This document shows, piece by piece, positions 1 to 9,451 of a DNA stretch of 64,000 nucleotides. This DNA is from Candidatus Poribacteria bacterium (GTDB lineage Bacteria > Poribacteria > WGA-4E > JAJDTR01): the NCBI GenBank assembly GCA_965197465.1, contig OZ240209.1, positions 3,738,423 through 3,802,422 on the forward strand, read 5' to 3'. A program made the translations under genes and the position numbers. Position 1 is the first letter of the stretch. Each line of letters starts with the position of its first letter. The notes below the pieces were generated by a model. That model saw nothing but the letters and a program-made list of their open reading frames with translations, was not told the DNA's origin and ran no database searches.

Positions 1-237
1 GTCTTCCAAACGAAGCTCCGCCAGCTCTTTCCAGTTTTTGCCCGTGCCGATAAAGATTTTCGCGACGCCCATCTTCTCAGCTCCCGCGATTACGGAATCC
101 CCGATAATATCGGCGGACAAATGAAGACCCCGTGTTTCCGGGTCAGCGATAAGCTTGATTTCCTCTCCGGCGAGTTTGATGGGCACCAAACCAATACCGA
201 GAACAAGACTGATAAGGATAAAGCGTGCCGGTTTCAT
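1..237 (-). CDS. FG-GAP repeat protein, N-terminal part (partial at window edge); paralog of the 32631..34229 protein
   Basis: Reverse-strand translation from ATG(rc) at 235-237 gives MKPARFILISLVLGIGLVPIKLAGEEIKLIADPE... This is closely similar to the N-terminus (signal peptide + first repeat) of the 32631 protein. Confidence 0.55.
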   Translation of the reverse strand, partial: MKPARFILISLVLGIGLVPIKLAGEEIKLIADPETRGLHLSADIIGDSVIAGAEKMGVAKIFIGTGKNWKELAELRLED

Positions 238-436
238 GGGAATCTCCTTCCGATGTTGATTGATGTTAAGTAGATGTCGACAATGGTCTGTTTTCGACCC
301 CACGGCGCCTGCTGGTGGATAAATCTTGCGAAGGGAATGTTTATTCGGCTGCTGAGCAGATACTAACAGTAATCAAGTCGTATTGGTTGCGCCAAGGTTG
401 CCCCTTGTTCGTTATTTTACCGCTCGTGTTTATCCG

Positions 437-460
437 CTCTGCGTAAGTCCTATAATTGAT
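437..460 (+). repeat. IS-end-like motif CTGCGTAAGTCCTA (one of four same-orientation copies: 437, 4600, 6241, 7556)
   Basis: Near-identical to the right terminal inverted repeat (IR) of the IS at 6241-6256 (CAACTGCGTAACTCCT). It sits just 3' of the protease gene stop. Confidence 0.4.
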
Positions 461-461
461 A

Positions 462-3400
462 CTATTTGAGGATTACCATCCGTCTCACTTGAGCATAATC
501 CCCTGCGCGAATCTGATAGAAATACAAGCCGCTCGCCACTACCTCACCATACATATCTTCTCCATCCCAGTAGACCGCTTTACCGCGGGTGATGTATGTC
601 CCAACGTGCTGATAACCGAGATCGAACTGACGGACACGCTCACCGTTTGTATCGTAAATTGAGATAACCACCGCTGAATCGGTAGAGAGTTGATACGGAA
701 TCCACGTCTCAGGGTTAAACGGGTTGGGATAATTTTGCAGCAACATCGGTTTCTCGGGAAACAGCACTGCCATTGACACTTGCTCATTAACTACGTTCAC
801 CGGAATTGCCCTTGTCGCCGAATCCGCCAATTGTAGGTCTACAAGCCGAATGGGAAGTTGTGCCACGGGAGGACCCGTCTTTTTCACATGAAAAACAAGT
901 GTTGCCAGTGCCCCCTCTGCCGTCACACCTTCCAGCGTTCCTTGACGCGTCTGTGTCAGTTCCAGTTGTGTCCCTTGCTGGGAGACATGCCAGTAACTTT
1001 GGTGTAGTGTAGCAGCTAAAACCGGGCTTGGTAAGGCAGTAAGGAGTTCTAATACCGCTGGATCGTACTGGATCGAGAAATGGTAGCCGTAAAGATCGGC
1101 AATCGCTGTAGTGTGGATGGAGACGGTCAACTGTCGCGTAGCCGTCGCGCTTGGGGTCATCAGGAGGCGCAATTCACCTTCGGGCGATGCCGAGCGGAGT
1201 TGTCCAAAATTGACAGATGGCGCGGCGTTAATGAGTTCTTCGCCGAAATGTTGTGCGACAAGCACAAGATCAAAAATATCCACCTTGCCGTCTTGGTTGA
1301 CATCATAAGGGGGAAATCTTCGCTCAACATCTCCCTCTTCGATTGTCAGGGTCAATGTGTAGGAAAAATTCGCTTCATTTCCTCCGAACATATCTCTAAT
1401 CTCGGCATAGTAAATTCCGTCCACAGGAATTTCAAATCCTTCTAGCAATGAATCAATACCCTCTACAAATAGCGGAGCCTCGGCTAAAAGCTGTAAGTCC
1501 TTATTATAGAGCGACAAAACAAATCTAGGGAACGGGGTGTCGGGCTGCCCATCCACCGCTAACGTAATGATTTGTCCTCTTGTGGCAATAAACTGAAACG
1601 CATCGGCATCCCCGACAAAACTGATCGCTCCCTCGACAGGTTCCCCCACTGTTAACGGAGTCGGATTCCCTCTTAAGCCCTCGTGGTCATCTTCGGGAAG
1701 TTCGCCCTCGGACAACGTCAGCGTGTAGGTATAGGTGGAACCAATCGCGCCTCCTATGAAACCGGCAACATCAACACAATACTCACCATCGGTGGGGATG
1801 AGAAATCCATCCATTCGTACCTCCAAACTATTGGGAGTGCCTCGCGTAGATACCAACGTTTCACCGGACGCATCCAAAAGACTGAGTTGGGTTACGAAAA
1901 ACATTATCGTGCGTTCAGGCGGTTCTATCTCAACGCGGAGGGCAATGACAGTGCCCGCTGACGCTTCAAAGCGGAAACCATCCGAGTCATGTGGATCACG
2001 AGACGCAAGATCACCGCTAAGGGTGGTGACGCCTGTTATAGGTTCATCGAATGTCAAAGGCGTTTCTTCGCCGCTACCGCACGCGGCATGGTCATCGGTC
2101 TTTCCACCGATCGTCAATGTATAAGAGTAGTTTAGACCCCCAAAAGGGACAGTCAGATTGGGAATCGCAATGTTCCTGACAGCGAGCACGTAGGTTCCAT
2201 CGGTTGGTAGTTTTTCGCTCACGCGGGAATCAACACCTCGTGGATTTAGTTCAGGACTTAGCTCCGGACCGATGGTCGGTAAGACATCATCACTTTTGGC
2301 AAAGAGTTCACCATCTGGCGCATAGACAACGAGCAGAGAGTCAAGGTTGGAGTCCTTCGTCGTAACCGTGATCTCAATGCGCTGGCCCTTCTCACCTACA
2401 AATACGAAGAAATCAGAGTCGCCGTTGAAGTCAATGAAACTCTCTATGGTGTCGCCGATCGACACAGGTGTGGCTGTGTCGGGCGTATCGCCGTGATTGT
2501 CGATGATGAGTGCTAGTTTATAATCGTTGGTCGCACCATTAATGCCAGAAACCGTAACGAGATAATCGCCCGGGCCTAATTCTAGCGATGTGACATCCTT
2601 CGTTTCAAAGGATACAAGCTTGATACCTTCGGGCCCCGTCAATGTTAACATCAACTCCCCGTAAATGGGTTGAAAATCAATTCCCAACCCAACCTGCATT
2701 GTCTCGTCCAAATGGAATTGATAGTAATCAACATTGTCGGCTTCATGGATTGATAGTTCTTCGTTGACATACGGGAGCTCGACCGTGGCTGCGGTCTCCG
2801 CTGTATCGTTCTCCTCAAAGGCATCAAGTGCCAGATTGGGGCGCGTAAAGAATCCCCGGTTCTCCATAATCCCCAAGATGAGGTCGAAATTTGCGCCGCC
2901 ATTCAGTTCTTGGTCCGCAATGAGAATTGCCGATGCCCCATCGACAAGTTCCGCGTCGGGCGAGAGGAAGAAATGGCTCTCCACAACCATGCGGATCGAC
3001 GCATTGCGTCCGATCGCCTCAAAAATTTTCCATAGTGCTGCCGACCAAATCTGTCCATCGGCGTGTGGGTTACCCTCAATGTCTTCCGGATAGCGTTTGT
3101 TACCATTTACGGGACGAGTGGCGACCTCAGGATCTTCTGAACCAGCCCATTCAAAAACGATAGCATCACTAAAACCGTCGCTAACGGCGCTGAAAAAGCT
3201 GGCGGCGAGAAAATCACTAAACCCTTCATGTATCGCACCACCTTCCCCTTTGTTAATGCCAGGAACTTGGCGATCAAGGATGGCGTGGCCATATTCGTGG
3301 ACGATCACTTCGGCATCTTCGGCGATATCGGCACCGGCATCTCCGAAACCAATCGAGCCGTCACTATCGTCATAGAAACCGGCCCTCGTCATACCGACAT

Positions 3401-4469
3401 GCACATTCGCAGGAAGCTGCCAATCGTCTACGAAATCGAAGCCGAGTCCTTTCAAATAACGCGCGACCGTATCCACGTGATAATAGACCATCACCTCCTC
3501 AAATCGGGGGTCGTCTCGCAGGTAGTTGAATACCAGTGTCGGCTCGTTAGCACGATTTTCGGTCAATCTTGTACTTACGTAAGGACCATCAAGAAAACCA
3601 CTCCCGTCCAGTTCACGCAGAATCACATCCGTGTACGCTTCTTCCGGTATTGCGTCGGCAGCATCGTCCTGATCCATGAGCGTGAAATCTTTGAGGGCGA
3701 CAACGGGATTCGGGTTAAAGACGCGCCCCCGTCCGTCGGCGTACCTGAGCAGGTTCTGTTGGTATAATGGCTCGCCCGTGTTGGCATCAATAATACACTC
3801 CCAACTTGCCAGAGGTTGACGGGAATGTAGATTTACGCGGTACGCGAGGCGATACGCATCAACATAATCACCAAACTGTCCCACATCGCGACTCGGAAAA
3901 ATTACCAAGTTGGCACGCGGCGGCTTGCGTACTTCAAATACTCTCGCATCGGCAATAGCGATGCTGATCGCTTGATCCGGGGAGAACGATGCCGCTGTGC
4001 TAATGTTAATCTGTGGGAAGTAGTTGCTGTGGATGACTCGTATTTGACCGGAATGGTTGGTATGGATGGAGATCGCCGCACCGTAAACTTCGATACCGTT
4101 GTGGTATTGATGGAATCGAACATGTCTGCCTGTTAGGCTGCTTTGAATATTCGTGAGACGCAACTCAATGTTCAGATCGGTCATCGCAAAGAGGTCACAA
4201 TAGTCGTTAAGGCATTGACGCGCTGATGTTTCTAGCGTTCCTTCTGAGGCGTGCAGCGTCAAATTGTAAAGGCTGCGGACTGTTCCCCGGTTCGGATGCC
4301 ATCGTGCGCGGACAGGGGTTTCCGAATCAGATTTGATCCGCTGCAATGCCGCGGCTGTATTCAGTTGAATCTGTTGTCTTTCCTTCCCTTTGGCATATAC
4401 CAAAGGGGCACATATTAGGATTGCCCAGAGTGCTAACGCAAAAGGAGTCGAAAAAATCTGCTTATTCAT
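462..4469 (-). CDS. secreted multidomain zinc metalloprotease (gluzincin: HEYGHAILD...GAIHEGFSDF, thermolysin/M4-M6-like) with dockerin-like Ca-binding repeat and T9SS C-terminal sorting domain
   Basis: 1335-aa ORF. N-terminal signal peptide. HExxH plus downstream HEGFSD glutamate motif. DVNQDGKVDIFDL dockerin-type repeat. C-terminal ~90 aa (NYPNPFNPETW...YFYQ...) typical of the T9SS type-A CTD. Stop is TAG. Confidence 0.8.
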   Translation of the reverse strand: MNKQIFSTPFALALWAILICAPLVYAKGKERQQIQLNTAAALQRIKSDSETPVRARWHPNRGTVRSLYNLTLHASEGTLETSARQCLNDYCDLFAMTDLNIELRLTNIQSSLTGRHVRFHQYHNGIEVYGAAISIHTNHSGQIRVIHSNYFPQINISTAASFSPDQAISIAIADARVFEVRKPPRANLVIFPSRDVGQFGDYVDAYRLAYRVNLHSRQPLASWECIIDANTGEPLYQQNLLRYADGRGRVFNPNPVVALKDFTLMDQDDAADAIPEEAYTDVILRELDGSGFLDGPYVSTRLTENRANEPTLVFNYLRDDPRFEEVMVYYHVDTVARYLKGLGFDFVDDWQLPANVHVGMTRAGFYDDSDGSIGFGDAGADIAEDAEVIVHEYGHAILDRQVPGINKGEGGAIHEGFSDFLAASFFSAVSDGFSDAIVFEWAGSEDPEVATRPVNGNKRYPEDIEGNPHADGQIWSAALWKIFEAIGRNASIRMVVESHFFLSPDAELVDGASAILIADQELNGGANFDLILGIMENRGFFTRPNLALDAFEENDTAETAATVELPYVNEELSIHEADNVDYYQFHLDETMQVGLGIDFQPIYGELMLTLTGPEGIKLVSFETKDVTSLELGPGDYLVTVSGINGATNDYKLALIIDNHGDTPDTATPVSIGDTIESFIDFNGDSDFFVFVGEKGQRIEITVTTKDSNLDSLLVVYAPDGELFAKSDDVLPTIGPELSPELNPRGVDSRVSEKLPTDGTYVLAVRNIAIPNLTVPFGGLNYSYTLTIGGKTDDHAACGSGEETPLTFDEPITGVTTLSGDLASRDPHDSDGFRFEASAGTVIALRVEIEPPERTIMFFVTQLSLLDASGETLVSTRGTPNSLEVRMDGFLIPTDGEYCVDVAGFIGGAIGSTYTYTLTLSEGELPEDDHEGLRGNPTPLTVGEPVEGAISFVGDADAFQFIATRGQIITLAVDGQPDTPFPRFVLSLYNKDLQLLAEAPLFVEGIDSLLEGFEIPVDGIYYAEIRDMFGGNEANFSYTLTLTIEEGDVERRFPPYDVNQDGKVDIFDLVLVAQHFGEELINAAPSVNFGQLRSASPEGELRLLMTPSATATRQLTVSIHTTAIADLYGYHFSIQYDPAVLELLTALPSPVLAATLHQSYWHVSQQGTQLELTQTRQGTLEGVTAEGALATLVFHVKKTGPPVAQLPIRLVDLQLADSATRAIPVNVVNEQVSMAVLFPEKPMLLQNYPNPFNPETWIPYQLSTDSAVVISIYDTNGERVRQFDLGYQHVGTYITRGKAVYWDGEDMYGEVVASGLYFYQIRAGDYAQVRRMVILK

Positions 4470-4599
4470 AAAAAATTGTCCATTCGATTTGAAAACTGCC
4501 TTTTACCGAAACACACTTTAGGGTTAAAGCACCGTCATATACCAACTGTGTTGTGCTACAGTGCCTGGTGAGATAAATCACCGAGCTGCGAGACTTTCA

Positions 4600-4625
4600 G
4601 CGTTCAATTGCGTAAGTCCTAATAG
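4600..4625 (+). repeat. IS-end-like motif CAATTGCGTAAGTCCTAATA (copy 2)
   Basis: Similar to IS right IR CAACTGCGTAACTCCTAAAA. Located upstream of the protease start. Confidence 0.4.
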
Positions 4626-4919
4626 ATTAAGATGAGCCATGTTGGCAAAGTTTTCATCGTAACTCCGTCGCTTCCTGAATTGAGGAAGCATCACGACAGG
4701 AGGATGATAAAGTCGAGGGGAAGCTTGACAGGAACTCAGCTTTGGTAGGCAAGAATTGCTGCCATATCCACTCTATACAAGGTCTACCGCGGTATCTTCT
4801 TAGCTCCATTATTTCTGAATCGGAGACATTCTAGCACTTTCTGGCGAAATGTCAATTAGAACGTACGATTCTGTTTGTCTCCGCGAGACAAAACGCATAG
4901 CGATAATCTGTAGGTTGGG

Positions 4920-5184
4920 TTGACCCATCAACCGAGCGAATAGTGAGTAGGATTCTCTATCGCCAAATCCCCAGATAAAGTACCGAAAAGTCCGTAACGA
5001 CTTATTACGGCGGTAGCTTGTACCACAATCTGTATGAAGATTAAGTATTTAAATCGGTAATCCCAGTTTTCCCTAAACTCGGTAGGTGCGATCAAGCGAA
5101 CGGATAGTGAGTGCGATAGAGATTCCTTTCCTAACCGCACCGAGCATCGTTAGGACATTACCGAATTATTTTTTTAAACTTCAT
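4920..5184. repeat. repeat-rich spacer: GATAG-type ~37-bp units plus a GTAG-type REP hairpin (5078-5140) split by a 37-bp unit
   Basis: CGGTAGGTGC[gatcaagcgaacggatagtgagtgcgatagagattcc]TTTCCTAACCGCACCGAG. The uninterrupted hairpin CGGTAGGTGCGGTTTCTAACCGCACCGA occurs at 15541. The 3' tail ATTACCGAATTATTTTTTTAAACTTCAT recurs at 7488-7515. Confidence 0.6.
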
Positions 5185-6256
5185 AGGAGTTACGCAGTTG
5201 GCTGAAGCGTATAAAGAGGTTGTGCCAAATAAGCACGTATCGCATCTCTGACAATAGAGAGTTTTGCTTCAAACCAACTGATTCCGGTATGATAACAGTA
5301 ATGTTCTATTCTCAGAAAGGCTCTCAGCGCTAAACCGATATGATTTCTTTGAGTGCGAGCAGAGCGCACTTGTCCCCGCTCAATGCCAACAAATTGCTTA
5401 ATCCCGCGATGATATTCTTCTATTGTCCAAGACCATTCGGCATAGTTGAGACGCCTCAATTCGTCCATCTGTAAATCATTCGTTGCCCAATATTCAATGT
5501 CACCTTCTGGAGTGTCAACCTTGAATACTCGAATCAATCCATAGCCTTTAAGATGAACAATTGTACCCATGGATTCAATCGGAAGCGTACTCACCGGACG
5601 GTTACCGGAATAATCTTTACTGACAAGTCGGTTGGCAGCTAGACGAGTAAGCCACTTCCAACCATGACCTCGCACCGCTTTTAGATTCTTTAGACTGGCA
5701 TACCAACTATCAAAACACACACATTCAGGAGCAAAACCGCGTGTTTTCGCTTCTTCAAGCATCGCTCGGAAATGGTCATTTTTCGTCAAGCCGTCTGTGG
5801 CTTTGTCATAGATTCGATAATCACACGGAATATGTCTATCGCCATCCGTCCAGAGTAAAGTGACCAAGTTAATCCCATTCACCACTCGGTGGTGTTTCCC
5901 TGACCAGTGTTTTGTCACTAATTCAATCTTTTGTGATCAACCGACTGAATAGGGAGGGCGATAGAGATCCTCAAGGTTTATCCAGAGTCGAATCATCTAT
6001 AACTAAGATTCCAGATTCATTACCTGATTTTTCGATTCGTGCCACAGGTTGCCAGTGTCGGGTTCATCTCGATGCAAAAGCCTTGTTATCGAATCATGAG
6101 CGGGTGAGTCCTCCGCTTGAGGTTGAACTTTTTCTGCCTCAAGACAACTGTAACTTTTCTGGGCGCCAACTAAGAAATTGATATAGTCAATGTCAGCATA
6201 TTTGGGGGGATTCATGCTCAAATTATAACCTATTTTTACTCAACTGCGTAACTCCT
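5185..6256 (-). mobile_element. insertion sequence, 1072 bp, IS4/IS5-superfamily DDE transposase, 16-bp perfect terminal inverted repeats AGGAGTTACGCAGTTG
   Basis: Left end 5185-5200 is the exact reverse complement of right end 6241-6256. The transposase spans almost the entire element on the minus strand. Confidence 0.75.
5190..6221 (-). pseudogene. IS transposase (DDE; ...LVIDDSTLDKP / KIELVTKHWSGKHH...) disrupted by a 37-bp insertion at ~5937-5973
   Basis: Two ORFs (6003..6221 N-terminal part, 5190..5918 C-terminal part). Deleting the 37-bp GATAG unit restores one continuous frame (DKPSQKIELVTKHW). Confidence 0.7.
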
Positions 6257-6699
6257 AAAAATATCGCCGCAACCCACGCTATTCTTGGGTTTCCCTTCCC
6301 AATGGATTCTCAATTCCTCAGATTTCTCGCGTAACAGTTTCGATGCTCACAGACGAACTGCGAGAGACAACTTTCCGAAAAGACGAGAGCAGTCGATTTC
6401 TGATTATCTCCCTGAGTCGAATAATTCGCTCAGGTTCGACGAGTCTCGTAAGTCTCATGATGGGTGAGTCGCGATTGTATGTATCATACCATAGCCGCGA
6501 ACAACCTTCCAAGTCGCATATATCAACTTGAGGTCGGCTCCCTATTTTGCCCGAAATTCGTCGTGGCGTCAAGCGGAAGATGTGGTTTTGTAGGACTCCT
6601 GCAAATTCGTGTTTTGCTGTCAGCTACTCGATTGTCATATTCCCGTCGGATACGCTAAGAACTTGTTTGAAAAGTCATCTTTCCCCATGACAAGAGATA

Positions 6700-7140
6700 A
6701 AAAACGAATAGATCAAGCACGATCAAGCGAGTGGATAGCGAGTGCGATAGAGATCCCTCAAGCGAGTGGATAGCGAGTGATCAACTGACTGAATAAGGAA
6801 GGCGATAGTAAATCCCGATAGAATTCCCTTATAGCACGCGCGATAGAGATCCCAGTGCGGTAGGAAATCCCCTGCGATAGAGTTTTCATAGGAAATCCTG
6901 ATAGTCGATCCTGATAGAAAACCCATAGAGATTCCAGGCTCACAACTCTCTGCGCGGCTCCGATAACTAGCAATTATTGGATTGACAACTTTACGCATGT
7001 ATAGTATAATTTGGGGGTGAAACCGATCAAACGAGTGAATATCGAGTGATCAACTGACTGAATAAGATCAAGCGAATGGATAATGAGCGCGATAGAGCTC
7101 CTAAGGCGATAGAGCTCCCATAGAGATCCCTATTACTTGA
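6700..7140. repeat. degenerate direct-repeat array of (C/T)GATAGAGATCC-ending ~37-bp units (GATCAAGCGAGTGGATAGCGAGTG-CGATAGAGATCC and GATCAACTGACTGAATAAGGAAGG-CGATAGAGATCC types); strongly GATC-enriched
   Basis: Over 12 unit copies at irregular spacing, with about 10 GATC sites in ~450 bp. DnaA-box-like GTGGATAG/TGGATAA submotifs. Not coding. Confidence 0.65.
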
Positions 7141-7318
7141 AAACTCGGTTTCTCAAAGTCACTTTGCACCTCCTTTCGACATGAGCCGATGCATTGATGC
7201 AGAAAAAAAACGCGTACTACTACCGACGCAACCCCGTGCTCGCAACATGATGAATTGGCGCCATCGTCAAAAAACACGCGCCAAAGTGTCAAGTTTCGTC
7301 AAGTAAGGGAGGCGCGAC

Positions 7319-7426
7319 GTGCCAAGAACGAAAAAACAAAAGTTCAAATCCTCGGGCACTCAAAAAACTCGAAGAAGTTTCGATTGCTTGAGTTTTTCGA
7401 TGAAATTTAATTTTTTAAATCGCTAA
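7319..7426 (+). CDS. hypothetical small basic protein (35 aa, VPRTKKQKFKSSGTQKTRRSFDCLSFSMKFNFLNR) with GTG start
   Basis: Strong Shine-Dalgarno (SD) motif AAGGGAGG 6 nt upstream of GTG. Below the ORF-track size cutoff. Lies in an A-rich noncoding region. Confidence 0.2.
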   Translation: MPRTKKQKFKSSGTQKTRRSFDCLSFSMKFNFLNR

Positions 7427-7440
7427 TTCTAATTTTCACC

Positions 7441-7515
7441 GGGCACGGTAGGCGCGGTTTCCAACCGCGCCGAGTTTCGCCGAGCAATTACCGAATTTAT
7501 TTTTTAAACTTCATG
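7441..7515 (+). repeat. REP-like hairpin (CGGTAGGCGCGGTTTCCAACCGCGCCGAG) plus conserved tail shared with 5078-5184
   Basis: GTAG tetranucleotide plus 9-bp stem palindrome, followed by GCAATTACCGAATTTATTTTTTAAACTTCAT as at 5150-5184. Confidence 0.55.
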
Positions 7516-7555
7516 TAAAAACTCCCATAGAGTTCTTCTCCCGGTCGCGCCCCTC

Positions 7556-7580
7556 TTGCGGCTGCGTAAGTCCTACTTCG
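7556..7580 (+). repeat. IS-end-like motif GGCTGCGTAAGTCCTACTT (copy 4)
   Basis: Matches the TGCGTAA(G/C)TCCTA core of the IS terminal IR. Confidence 0.35.
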
Positions 7581-8602
7581 GTGATGAATGCCACTTCGCC
7601 AACCGCGTGACCGGAATACAAAGTGCCCGACAAGCACCACTAATAACACTTTCTCTGTTTATGCGTATGTTATGTCTACACGGCGCAAACTCGCTCCCTG
7701 AGCGACTCCATACAATCTCGAGCATAGCAGTCCGCTGTACCGGAGTATTCCCGAAAAAACTCGAAAAGGCACTCTGAAAAAACTGAAATAACCGAAATAA
7801 CTGAAAAAAACAGCCCCATGTGTTCCCGAACATTTGCAAGTTGCCGCACAATCGAAGCCGATGTCCGAGCCAGAACCGGCAGACTTACATCGACTGAAAC
7901 CGCTAAGCTAATCCGCTTCGCGGAACGCACCCCAATTATACGCGCGCACAATAGCGCACATTAACGCACGGCAACACGAAGCGCCAAACACCCCCGCAAC
8001 CCGCGCCCTGTCCCGCTTCTCTGCCTATTGGCGATGTCGGAACCGAAAGTGCGCTATAATCTCAAGAAGTCGGCATAAGAACCTGTGTGAACATACGATG
8101 AAGCCAGGCACGTGTAACCATTCACAGCTATCGCACCTTTTTCAAACAGGCTCTAAAGGCAGGATTTTTCAGTGATAGAATTGGGATGGTGTACTATATA
8201 AATGCGTGATAAAATCCAGCCGCTTGGGGTATTAGCTTCAGATGGTTGTGTGTGAAGCCCCGATAGATCCGGACAGGCTGTGAAACGTGATGCGTAATCT
8301 TCTTCACGTTTCACTTGAGGATGCAGCTATGATGGGAATTGTCACGAATATAGTGATAGTGCAGGAAAACGAACCATGTCGATTTCTGTTGTCCTAAAGC
8401 GAAAAACGGGTAAAATAACTCACGAATATTGGGAATGGTTCATATTTCGCCTGAATTTAGTACAATTTTCAAAACCGCTGAAAATCAGGCGGTTGTCTCA
8501 AATGGGACGGGTGAGTGGTAGAGTGGTGAGTGGTTGTGCCACGTCCCACCACTCACTATTCACCCGAAGAAATCAACTTCTTTAAACGCGAGGTTTTCTA
8601 TC

Positions 8603-9451
8603 ATGAACCGATTATCAACCGAAGAAATCAGCATTTTTAAACGCGAGGGATACCTCATCAAAAAAGGCGTGCTCGATCCCGACCTGATGGCGCGCGCCCG
8701 CTAGTGCAAATGGGCTGGAGCGCCGGATCGGATGAAGCCTGACGACCCGACTACCTGGATCGGCCCCTGGCGCCCAGATGAGGAAACACCCGAAGCGGAG
8801 GACAACTGCAGGGTCGGGCACTACTGGCAATACCGCGAACCGGCGCACGAGGAGTGGCTAGTACGGATGACGATGGCGAACCCCATAATCGTTGGTTGGG
8901 CTGAACAGCTTCTCGGGGAAGGCACGTTCGACGTGCGGGACTACGTTCGCGGCATCTACTGCCTGTTGCCGAATGGTGGCACTCCGGACACGCCTGGTGT
9001 GAGCCAGAAGCTAGTTTGCCACTGCGACGTCAATCCCGAAAAGTTACACTCGACGCCCTTCCAAAGGCTTCTGAAGGCCGGTGTCGGCGCCGTCGGACTG
9101 ATTGCGCCCATTCCGCCCAATGGGGGAGCATTTACGGTGTGGCCGGGAACGCATAAGATTATTTACGACCTGATGATCAGTACCGAAGGCCTCGCCCGCA
9201 ACGAGACCTACAAGCAGCGGATCATCGACTTCAACAGCGACCGCCATGTCGATGGTTGGGGTGACGCGGGCGACGTTCTCCTGTGGCACCGTCTTCTGGC
9301 TCACACCGCCGGTTCGAACCGCTCCGAAAAATTGCAATTGAGAGAAGCGGTGCTCTTCGATTACCCGCAGCCGGAGGCCGAGAAGCCGAAGGCATCCTAC
9401 GAAGACATGTGGGAGGACTGGTCGGATGAGGTGCGCGCGACAGCCGGGTGA
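8603..9451 (+). pseudogene. phytanoyl-CoA dioxygenase (PhyH) family protein interrupted by in-frame TAG (8702-8704) after codon 33
   Basis: MNRLSTEEISIFKREGYLIKKGVLDPDLMARAR-TAG. The 239-aa PhyH body (HCDVNPE, WHRLLAHTAGSNRS) continues in the same frame. The ~40-bp N-terminal coding segment is tandemly duplicated at 8565-8640. Confidence 0.6.

Noticed and set aside
539-4123. Multiple 60-180-aa ORFs on both strands inside the protease gene (e.g. 1080..1445, 2734..3093, 3228..3767)
   Set aside because: They are antisense or alternative-frame shadows of a 4-kb high-GC coding region and are fully explained by the protease ORF.
6700-7140. Possible CRISPR array, suggested by many short direct repeats
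   Set aside because: The units are degenerate, irregularly spaced (3-40 bp apart) and lack uniform repeat-spacer periodicity. No cas genes are nearby.
6700-7420. Possible chromosomal replication origin (DnaA-box-like TGGATAG motifs, GATC cluster, adjacent A/T-rich block)
   Set aside because: There is no dnaA/dnaN or other origin-linked gene. The boxes are imperfect and embedded in an obviously mobile, IS-laden repeat array. Kept only as a remote alternative within the first finding.
8376-8585. 69-aa ORF upstream of PhyH
   Set aside because: It has no SD or conserved motif, overlaps the duplicated PhyH leader, and its composition is consistent with noncoding sequence.
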